NCBI GenBank assembly: GCA_963768055.1
Contig: CAVYGN010000001.1
Span: 1,696,001-1,760,000 of the forward strand
Direction: 5' to 3'
Length of the DNA: 64,000 bases
From: an uncultured Spirochaetota bacterium
GTDB taxonomy: Bacteria > Spirochaetota > Brevinematia > Brevinematales > JAOACQ01
Part shown: positions 8,827 to 17,700 of the stretch, in pieces
Layout: each line of letters starts with the position of its first letter
Numbering within the stretch: position 1 is the stretch's first letter
The notes under the pieces: generated by a model
What the model was told of the DNA's origin: nothing
The model's database searches: none
What the model saw: the letters and a program-made list of their open reading frames with translations, nothing else
Program-made: the position numbers and the translations under genes

Positions 8827-8934
8827 ATGACTTTCTCAACCAGGTTTAATACCAAGACAACAATGAAGAAGACGCACTCTTGTATATTCCGGCGCAGCCT
8901 GTTTGCAGGAAATTATATTTTTATGTTGAAATGA
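8827..8934 (+). CDS. Putative attenuator leader peptide (35 aa) MTFSTRFNTKTTMKKTHSCIFRRSLFAGNYIFMLK
   Basis: GGAG RBS at 8815-8818. Run TKTTMKKT of aspartate-family codons. Lies between the promoter and a terminator upstream of asd. Confidence 0.7.
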   Translation: MTFSTRFNTKTTMKKTHSCIFRRSLFAGNYIFMLK

Positions 8935-8949
8935 TAAAATATAAAACCA

Positions 8950-8986
8950 AAAACCCGCAGGTCCGAAGGCGCCTGCGGGTTTTTTT
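8950..8986 (+). terminator. Intrinsic terminator / attenuator hairpin upstream of asd
   Basis: AAAACCCGCAGG-loop-CCTGCGGGTTTTTTT. Confidence 0.85.
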
Positions 8987-9026
8987 ATGCCTGGTTGGTT
9001 GTGTATGATAAAGGCGAGGAGGATTT

Positions 9027-10100
9027 ATGGGATTGAAAGTAGGCTTGGTTGGAGTAGGACCTGTTGGCGACAGGATCGTCAGGGTCTTGAGAGAACGGAG
9101 TTTCCCGGTTGACGGGGAGCTGATAGTTATGGCGACCAGCGGGAGAGAGGAAACACTGGCGGATGAGACTTTTAAAGTACGGAAGATTGAGGCCAGCCTT
9201 TTTAAAGGACTTGATCTTGTCTTCTTTGCAGGAAAGGAAGGCGCTCGAGGAGCCAGCGTTCAGTGGGGAAAGACGGCGGTGGATGAGGGTTGCATTGTGA
9301 TCGACAACGGCGGGGATTTCAGGATGGTTCCGGGTTATCCGCTAGTGATACCTGAGGTGAATATGAACGATGTAACATCCGAGACCCGGCATATCTGCAA
9401 TCCGAATTGTTCTACAATTCAGATGGCGGTTGCACTCGCTCCGCTTCACCGTGTCTCGAGACTGCATAGGGCTGTGGTTTCAACCTATCAGTCCGTAAGC
9501 GGCTGGGGAGCCGACGCGATGGAAGAGCTTTTAAAACAAACGGGGGAGATTTTGTCCGGAAAAGAGCCGGATTATAATCCTTCTATTTTTACCCATCCGG
9601 TTGCTTTTGATTGCATACCGCAAGTGGATAAATTTTTGGCAAACGGTTACAGTAAAGAGGAAATGAAGATGGTTAATGAAAACAGAAAGATATTCAATGA
9701 ACCCAATTTGCTTATCAACGCCACGACTGTCAGGGTACCGGTTCTGGTCGGACATGGTGAATCGATCAACGCGGAATTTTTTAATGATATGACCTCTGAA
9801 AAGGCGATGAAAATACTGGGAGATAAATCAAAATCTCCCGGAGTCGCATTAATTGACGGCATCTCAAACGATCCGGACGCTGTTGGAATAAGGCAAGATA
9901 AGCTGGAACGCATGTATCCGGTGACCAGGGATCTCCTTTCAGACGCGTACAAGGATGCCGTATTGGTCGGCCGAATCAGGGATGACACCACCAGGAACAA
10001 CACCATTAATCTATGGTGCGTGTCCGATAATTTAAGAAAGGGCGCGGCCACAAACGCGGTGCAGATCGCCGAAGAGATGCTGAAAAGAGGCTTACTGTAA
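9027..10100 (+). CDS. asd: Aspartate-semialdehyde dehydrogenase
   Basis: PLVIPEVN, NPNCSTIQM, STYQSVSG, SKEEMKM, RVPV..GH, DNLRKGAATNAVQIAE. Confidence 0.96.
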   Translation: MGLKVGLVGVGPVGDRIVRVLRERSFPVDGELIVMATSGREETLADETFKVRKIEASLFKGLDLVFFAGKEGARGASVQWGKTAVDEGCIVIDNGGDFRMVPGYPLVIPEVNMNDVTSETRHICNPNCSTIQMAVALAPLHRVSRLHRAVVSTYQSVSGWGADAMEELLKQTGEILSGKEPDYNPSIFTHPVAFDCIPQVDKFLANGYSKEEMKMVNENRKIFNEPNLLINATTVRVPVLVGHGESINAEFFNDMTSEKAMKILGDKSKSPGVALIDGISNDPDAVGIRQDKLERMYPVTRDLLSDAYKDAVLVGRIRDDTTRNNTINLWCVSDNLRKGAATNAVQIAEEMLKRGLL

Positions 10101-10211
10101 ACGAATCTGTAAAAGCTTCCGCTCGAGACGATTATCCGCGGCATTTCCCCTACCGGCAAGCCTTGACACTTCTCTTGTGTTGATATATTATTATAGAAAA
10201 TGGGGGCTTTT

Positions 10212-10562
10212 ATGGATGAAAGAAGATTGGAAGTCCGGATGGTCCTCGAAACTGTTCCGGAAAATCTTAAAAATGTCGTTATAAAATATCCCGGCTTAAA
10301 ACCGATAAGTGCCACGACGGTCGACGTCAACAGCATGGGGATGGCGTTCATTTCAAAAGAAAAAGTCGATATGAACGTAGAGATAGGACAGCAGGTGATT
10401 ATCAGCTTCGAATGCATGAATTCGGACGTAAAAGGAAATACCGTTTATTCATACCCTATCCCCGACGCGAGGTTCAGGATCGGCGTCCTCTTTAAAAATG
10501 ATAAGTCGATAAAGCAGTATTATAAAATACTTAAAGACGCCGCCCCAATCCTAAGTAAATGA
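10212..10562 (+). CDS. PilZ-domain protein
   Basis: ERRLEVR (RxxxR), DVNSMG (D/NxSxxG-like), C-term RIGVLF. Promoter TTGACA-17-TATTAT at 10163-10191. Confidence 0.7.
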   Translation: MDERRLEVRMVLETVPENLKNVVIKYPGLKPISATTVDVNSMGMAFISKEKVDMNVEIGQQVIISFECMNSDVKGNTVYSYPIPDARFRIGVLFKNDKSIKQYYKILKDAAPILSK

Positions 10563-10647
10563 TGTTGAAACCACCTATTTCAGGGAATTACACGGAGACA
10601 CAGAGAAAATCCAGCGAACAGCCCGTAAGTTTGAAATGGGTAGTAAA

Positions 10648-12426
10648 ATGAAATTTTTTACCACCGTAATATTATATCTTGTGTTTTTCCTTTATTTGTC
10701 AGGTCAAGCTTCTGATTGGCCGACATATAAGGGCAATCTTTACTTCACCGGCAATAACGATGAGATAATCGTAAAAAACAACAGCCTTAAATGGCTCTAC
10801 ATGGCGTCCAATTATATTTTCAATCCGGTAGTATCGGATGGAAAAGCATATTTTTCAGATCTGGATAAAATTTTATATTGTGTTACGGAAGGGGACGGTA
10901 AATTGGTCTGGAAGTCTGATCTGAAATCCATATCGGCACATTTTGCTTCCGCGGCGCTTGTCCCCGGAAAAGTCAAATACCCTATCATAAGGGGGAATTA
11001 TCTTTTCCTATCCGATGCAACCGCTATTTACTGCATAGATAAAAATACAGGCAAAGCGGTTTGGGCCAGGGCAGGCCTCCAGGAAAGCGATCTTAAAAAG
11101 GCAGTTATCGACGGGATTTATGCCGATCCGATACTCTCCGGCGACACTATTTATTATGGTACAAGAAAAAATTTCATTGCCAGGGAAGCGGATAACGGCC
11201 ATGTAGTCTGGACAAATAACAATATTGAAAGTTACAGCGGCTTCCCGACATATTATGACGATAAAATATTCGTTTCATCGAGGGATTATCTCAAGAACAC
11301 CTTCCAGGTGAATTGCCTCGACCAGTACTCGGGTAAAATCATCTGGAGCGCCTTTATCGATATCCCCCTGATAATTTTTCCGCCGGTTGTATACCAGGCC
11401 AAAGTATTTATCCCTTCCGGCAAAAAGCTTTTCTGCCTTTCCCTGACGAACGGCTCAAAGATATGGGACAGGGAATATGAGGATTATATAACCTCAAGCC
11501 CCAGCTTCACCGACAGGGAAATCTTACTGTCGATCGGGAACAGGAAAATTGTGGTTTTATCGCCGGATTCGGGCCAGATTGATTATTCGCTTGATTTCGG
11601 AGAAAAGTCGGACCCGTCTTTCGTTACAGTGAACGATCAGATTTATACCGCCTTTAACTATATAAAAATAGTAGGAGGCAGGAATATAACATTTACAGAG
11701 GTCAGGGCTTTCCGCTTCGGTGAAAACACGCCAATCTGGGAATTCCTGCCGCCTTTCCCCGGTTCGGCCTCCCAGCCGGTTGCAGACGGCGGCACTCTAT
11801 ATCTTCCGGCAGGCAACTATCTTTACGCCATTGGGACATATTATGAAAAGCCTTTAGTATTCGGCAACGATGCAAGCGCAGGAAGTCTGAAAAGTGAAAA
11901 CCTGTCTTCAAGCAGTATGTCCTTGAGCTCAGCAAACAGCGGCATGTCTTCGAGCAGTATGATTTCGAGCAGCATGTCCTCGAGCGCCGCGAACAGCGGC
12001 ATGTCTATGAGCAGTATATCTTCGAGCAGCGTACCCGCCAAACAGCCTGAAAAACCGGTCAACCTTGCAGAGGAAAAAGTCGGCGAGACTGTGACCGTAC
12101 CCGACATTTATTTCGAGTTCGACAGGGCCTACCTGAAACTTGAATCGATAAGGACTCTCGATAATATAGTAAAACAACTAAAAAATAATCCGAAGATCAG
12201 GCTTGAGATAAGAGGCCATACCGACAATATTGGGACAGCCGGCTATAACAGGATCCTTTCGGAAAAACGCGCGGACGCCGTCATGGAATATTTTATCAAG
12301 AACGGCATCAGCCCTGAAAGGCTCCGATCAATAGGCTACGGAGCGACCAAACCTGTCGCCGACAACGGTACTGAAGAAGGCAGAAGCAAAAACCGGAGGA
12401 CGGAATTCCTTATACTGGAAAAATAG
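10648..12426 (+). CDS. Exported PQQ-like beta-propeller + Ser-rich linker + OmpA-like peptidoglycan-binding domain protein
   Basis: Signal peptide. DWPTYKGN..G and repeated YC.D..TGK.VW blades. IYFEFD..IRGHTDNIG..N..LSEKRA.AV..NRRTEF is OmpA_C. Confidence 0.88.
   Translation: MKFFTTVILYLVFFLYLSGQASDWPTYKGNLYFTGNNDEIIVKNNSLKWLYMASNYIFNPVVSDGKAYFSDLDKILYCVTEGDGKLVWKSDLKSISAHFASAALVPGKVKYPIIRGNYLFLSDATAIYCIDKNTGKAVWARAGLQESDLKKAVIDGIYADPILSGDTIYYGTRKNFIAREADNGHVVWTNNNIESYSGFPTYYDDKIFVSSRDYLKNTFQVNCLDQYSGKIIWSAFIDIPLIIFPPVVYQAKVFIPSGKKLFCLSLTNGSKIWDREYEDYITSSPSFTDREILLSIGNRKIVVLSPDSGQIDYSLDFGEKSDPSFVTVNDQIYTAFNYIKIVGGRNITFTEVRAFRFGENTPIWEFLPPFPGSASQPVADGGTLYLPAGNYLYAIGTYYEKPLVFGNDASAGSLKSENLSSSSMSLSSANSGMSSSSMISSSMSSSAANSGMSMSSISSSSVPAKQPEKPVNLAEEKVGETVTVPDIYFEFDRAYLKLESIRTLDNIVKQLKNNPKIRLEIRGHTDNIGTAGYNRILSEKRADAVMEYFIKNGISPERLRSIGYGATKPVADNGTEEGRSKNRRTEFLILEK
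11908..12021 (+). repeat. Imperfect 57-bp tandem duplication encoding the Ser/Met linker
   Basis: SSSMSLSSANSGMSSSSMI followed by SSSMSSSAANSGMSMSSIS. Confidence 0.8.
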
Positions 12427-14679
12427 ATGAAAACAACAGGCTTTATAGCCCTTGCGATAGCGCTTTTTATGGCTATATATTTTATTATTCCATATCCTCG
12501 GAATTTTTTAAAGGAATACCCGCGTTCAATCAAAATACTCGACCGTTCCGGTTCTTTACTTTTCGAATTTCAAGGAACGGGATCACGGCCCCAGGCGGGT
12601 TTTTCAGAAAATCTTGAATTCAGTGAAATCCCTGATAATTTCCTTCAATTGCTCATTTTCGCAGAGGATAAAAATTTCTATTCTCATATAGGGGTAGACC
12701 CGCGGGCAGTTTTGAGAGCCGCCGCAAACGATATCGGCAGGCTGGCTATAACCTCCGGCGGCTCAACGATTTCTCAACAGCTAGTAAAAATTAAATACGG
12801 GGTTCTCAAAAATAATTTATTAACCAAATTCCTGGAGTTATTCAGGGCTGTGAAGCTGGAATTACATTTCAGTAAAAAGGAAATTCTGCTGGCTTATATA
12901 AATAATATTTATCTTGGGAATAAAATTTACGGGCTGAAGAAAGCGGCCGAGGTTTATTTTCATAAAAAACCACCGGATCTGTCCCTCATAGAGACTGCTT
13001 CGCTTTGTGTAATGCTCCAGTCGCCGTCCAGGCTTAATATCCTGACTAAGACTTCGGTTGTGGAATCCAAAGCCAGGGTCCTTCTTAAAAAAGCCTTCAA
13101 TATGGGCGCGATAAACGGATTTGAATACTCTTTGTCTATTGAAAAGAAGCTCCGGGTTTATCCCTTCGAGATGGACTTTTATGCGCCCCATTTCTGCTTC
13201 TGGGTCCTTGACGAAGCTGAAAAGCTGGTGAAAACCCGCGGCGATATAAGCGAAATAAGGACCACACTCGATCTTGATTTGTATAAAAAATGCCTGGAAA
13301 TACTTAAAAACAGGATAGGTTTCCTGAAGGATAATAATGTCCATGACGCCAGTATGATCATACTCGACAATACCAGGATGGAAATCCTGGTGATGATAGG
13401 CGGCATATCATTTTTCGGAGAAACAGGCAATGTAAACGGCGTGATGGTGCCCAGGCAGGCTGCGTCGACTATGAAGGCTTTTACCTACGCCCTGGCCTTC
13501 GATAAAAAAATCATTACACCAGCTTCGATACTTCCCGATATTTATACTGAATTTCCATCGAGTATAGGTAAATATATCCCGAGAAATTATAACGGCCTTT
13601 TTCATGGGCCTGTACGGGCTGCAGTGGCACTGGGCAGTTCTTACAACGTCCCGGCTGTTTACCTGCTGACAAAAATCGGCCTCACGCCCTACTATGAATT
13701 TCTGAAAAAAGCGGGTTTTTCCTCAATTGACCGGCCCCCTTCATTTTACGGCCTTGGACTCACTCTTGGAAATGCCGACATCACTCTGTTAGAACTAACC
13801 AGGGCATACGCCGTTTTTCCTAACGGCGGTATCTTCAGGCAGCTCCGGGGAATAATATCTGTAAAAACTACCGGCGGAGATGTTTATTATCCACCCGTGC
13901 AGAAAGAGGCCAGGATCCTGTCTGCCGAATCTTCTTTTTTAATCGGGAGGATTTTGTCGGATTTCGATTATAAAGTTCCGGGTTTCGGCGTGAATTCTCC
14001 CATACATTTCCCGTTCCCGCTGGCGGTAAAAACAGGAACCTCAAAAGACTTCAGGGATAATTTTATAGAGGCTTTCGATACGGATATCACTGTCGGAATC
14101 TGGACAGGCAATATCAACGGCGAACCAATGCGCAATATGCCTTCCGCAAACGGCAGCGGCATACTTCTCCGCGATATTGCAGGTTATCTGTATCAGACAG
14201 GCCATAATTTCAGGCAGGTTTCTCCGTCCGGACTGAATATTACTATGGCCAGGATCTGCCCCCTTTCAGGCAAACTCGCCAATGATCAGAGCGATAGCCT
14301 TAACGAGTATTTTATCAAGGGCACGGAACCGACCGAGCCATGCGACTGGCATAAAAACGGAGAAGTGATACTTCCTGAAATTTACAAACCATGGGCTAAA
14401 AATAACCTGAATTCTTCATTGACCCTGAACATGGATCCTGTTAAAATAATCAATCCTCTTGACGGCGATATATTCAAGATAGACGATCTTATAACCCGGG
14501 GCAGGCAGAAGATCGTATTCAAGGCCCGGAGCGTTCAAAGCAGCGTCGAATGGAGCGTTAACGGAAAGCCGGCCGGTTCAGGCAGGGAAGTGACTTGGGA
14601 ACTCAAGCCCGGCATTTATAATATCACTGCGGAGTCGGGTTCTTCAAGCGACAGTATTAAAATAATTGTCATCGAATAA
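12427..14679 (+). CDS. pbpC: Penicillin-binding protein 1C
   Basis: Transglycosylase EDKNFYSHIGVD and GGSTISQQLVK. Transpeptidase STMK, SYN, KTGTS. Small C-terminal beta domain. Adjacent to alpha-2-macroglobulin. Confidence 0.9.
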   Translation: MKTTGFIALAIALFMAIYFIIPYPRNFLKEYPRSIKILDRSGSLLFEFQGTGSRPQAGFSENLEFSEIPDNFLQLLIFAEDKNFYSHIGVDPRAVLRAAANDIGRLAITSGGSTISQQLVKIKYGVLKNNLLTKFLELFRAVKLELHFSKKEILLAYINNIYLGNKIYGLKKAAEVYFHKKPPDLSLIETASLCVMLQSPSRLNILTKTSVVESKARVLLKKAFNMGAINGFEYSLSIEKKLRVYPFEMDFYAPHFCFWVLDEAEKLVKTRGDISEIRTTLDLDLYKKCLEILKNRIGFLKDNNVHDASMIILDNTRMEILVMIGGISFFGETGNVNGVMVPRQAASTMKAFTYALAFDKKIITPASILPDIYTEFPSSIGKYIPRNYNGLFHGPVRAAVALGSSYNVPAVYLLTKIGLTPYYEFLKKAGFSSIDRPPSFYGLGLTLGNADITLLELTRAYAVFPNGGIFRQLRGIISVKTTGGDVYYPPVQKEARILSAESSFLIGRILSDFDYKVPGFGVNSPIHFPFPLAVKTGTSKDFRDNFIEAFDTDITVGIWTGNINGEPMRNMPSANGSGILLRDIAGYLYQTGHNFRQVSPSGLNITMARICPLSGKLANDQSDSLNEYFIKGTEPTEPCDWHKNGEVILPEIYKPWAKNNLNSSLTLNMDPVKIINPLDGDIFKIDDLITRGRQKIVFKARSVQSSVEWSVNGKPAGSGREVTWELKPGIYNITAESGSSSDSIKIIVIE

Positions 14680-14704
14680 TCCCGGAAATCTTAAGGAGGA
14701 AACT

Positions 14705-17700
14705 ATGAAAAATCGGCTGATATTATTCCTTTCGATCATATCGATATTATCCTTTTTTTCATGCTCTAACAACGGAAAAAAGATAGTTACCGTGATCGAC
14801 GCAAACAGGGGCCCCGGGGCCGGAGAGGAATCGGACTATAATAGCGATTACGGACAGCTTAACTTTTCCTTTTCAACTAATATTTTCGAATTATCCGATT
14901 TCGATACGATGACAAACGAAATAATGAATAAATTATCGGTCTCGATCGACCCTCCGGTTAAAGGTATATGGCAGCCGGTCGGGCCCAATGAAGCCGCATT
15001 CATATTTCTTGAAAAACTTAAACCCTCCACGCTTTATACAGTCTCTATAGATGAAAAAAAACTTACAACAAACGGGAAACCCGGTATAATTGCATATGTT
15101 AACGGGGAGAGAACGGATAACGGAAAATATGTATTTATGACCAGGAGGATCGAAGTATCCAGTTATTTTATCAGCGGCATGAAGACCGATCTTTACATCT
15201 CCCTATCCTTCAATGCGCCGGTCGGCCTTCCCGATCTGACGAATAAGCTTAAAATAGAGAACATTTACGGAGGAAAGCCCCTCAATTACAGGGCGTCCTA
15301 CGATGTTTTAACCAATACTATCGAATCCAACGATGTTTTGATGAATATTGTCACGACAAGCGACAGGTCTTTTATTATCAAGCCTGAAGGGCTGGTTAAA
15401 GCACAGGATTACAGGCTGAAAGTGGGCAGCGGCCTTAATGCCGCCGAAGGTAACCTCGGAATGCTCGCCGATTACTATCAGGATTTCAGCACCTATAAAA
15501 GACTGCAATTTAAAAATATGAGCAGCTCTTCATATGAAGGAAGCGGGCCTGTCATGTATTACCCTGACGACACTATTCTCTTCGAATTCAACAACCCCCT
15601 CGACAAGAGCCTCGACCCAAGGAAGCTCATATCGTCAACGCCGACGATCGAGAACGAATCGGTTTCAATAGGAGACAATTTTATTTACCTAAGCGGAAAT
15701 TTCATAGGAGAGTCGAAATACAGATTCAGAGTCAATCCGGCAGTCTCGGACATATATTCCCAGAAATTGGATTACACTGTGGAGAGGGAAATATCATTTT
15801 CACACGGGATATCGATATTCGGAGTCCCTGAGGGTTATATGGTCATGGAGAATTATCTGCCCCCGATCCTTCCCATGAAAATGAGGAATGTTAGTTCTTT
15901 TAAGGTTTCCTATGTTTTTCTGCAGGATAAGGATAAAATTACCGGGTATTTGAATCTTAAAAACAATGAAAGAAAAACCTTTTTTGAAAAGAACAAAATC
16001 TCAAAAGATCATAGAGTCAAATGGGTATGGGACAGGTTCTTCAATTACCGACTCGACTTTTCCTCAATGTTGAAAAACAATTCCGGTTTATTAATATACA
16101 GAATATCTCCCAGGGCTGAAAATCAAAGGGAAAACAGCGACCTTGACCGGGCCGGCACCATTTTATTCACAGACCTGGGAATAAGTGTTAAAAGCGGTCC
16201 CGATTCGACCCTCGTATTCGTCAGGAGCCTTAAAGACAACAGCCCGGTCGAAGGGGCTGCCGTCTATGAACTGGAAAATGAAAATAAAAGCCTGGGACTT
16301 TTAACCCTCAGGGGAAAAACAGATTCTAACGGCATTTTGTCATTTGCCGGCGATTACCCGAGCCCGATGGTCTTCGCGGAAAAAGACGGAATCATTACGC
16401 TGAATTACGGCGAAAGAATGAATTATTATTACGGCGATGAAGAAGGGTACGGCTCGGGCAACAAGAACTGGGCTAATATCGTCCACAGGGGAACCGATTA
16501 TTATTTGAATGAAACCAATTTACTTTTATTTTCCGACAGGTTTTTATATAAACCCGGAGAAAAAGTCGATGTTAAGGGGATAGCGCGTTTCAGGCATAGC
16601 GATGACTGGAGCGATCTTCCGGCCGACGGTAAAAGGAACGAATTCAAATTTACCGTCAACAACAGCCGGGGCGAAGAAGTGACAAACCTTGTCGCTACCG
16701 CGGACGATTGGGGTTCCCTGCATTTCTCTTTGAAAATACCTGAAAAGTCGCCTACAGGCTACTACAGGATCTCCTGGGGGGAATACTCGGGGATCGATAT
16801 AAGTGTGGAGGATTTCAAACCTGCCAAGGCCGAAATGAGGATCGTCTCTTCAAAAGAAATATTCAAATGGGGGGATACTTTTGAGTCTGATATCATAGGC
16901 TGGTATCTTTTCGGAGCGCCTGTCATAAAGCCTATACACTATTCGGTAAGCGCCTCGCCGGTTACATATGCGAGCCTCAAATATCCCGAGTACAATTTCG
17001 GCCAGCTATGGTGGGAAGGCGGCGAAAGGCGTGACAATTCGTTTTCTCTTGTGTCGGGGATAGGGTTCCCGGATAAAAGCGGTAAGATACATGTCGAAAA
17101 AATAATCCGCAGGGATGATTTCAAGGGAGACGCCCAATTGATGATCTCCGCCGAAACCAGGCTTGATGACAACAGCACTGTTTACGGGACAAAAAGCGGG
17201 ATCAACCTTTATAATCCGGTACATATCGGGATCCTCCTCAAGGACTATTTCGTGGAGACAGGCCATAGCTTCAATATAAGCCTTGTGGCCCTGAACGAAA
17301 ATGAAGAAATCGAACCCGATCAGCCTGTAACAGTGCAGGTTGAGAAGCGGGATTGGTATTCATACCAGAAAGCGGGTGTTAACGGGCGTCTTGAATGGGA
17401 ATGGGAGATGATCAAAACAAATGTATTCGAACAAACCCTCAGATTGGGAAAAGCCGAAATACCCCTGACCCTCAGTGAACCCGGTTATTATGTAGCCAGG
17501 GCGAAGACTTTTATACGGGGACATGAAGGGATCAGCGAAACAGACTTCTATGTTTTCGGGAAGGGGGAAGTGGGCTGGATGGTTCCCAACAACAATGAGA
17601 TCGACCTCTCTTCCGATAAAAAAGAGTATCATACCGGAGATACGGCTCTGGTCCTGGTCAAAAATCCTTTTCAGAAAGCGACCGCCCTCATAACTGTCGA

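Noticed and set aside
9647..10417. 256-aa antisense ORF and the many other short overlapping ORFs in the track
   Set aside because: Shadows of well-supported genes on the opposite strand or in another frame; no RBS or domain features.
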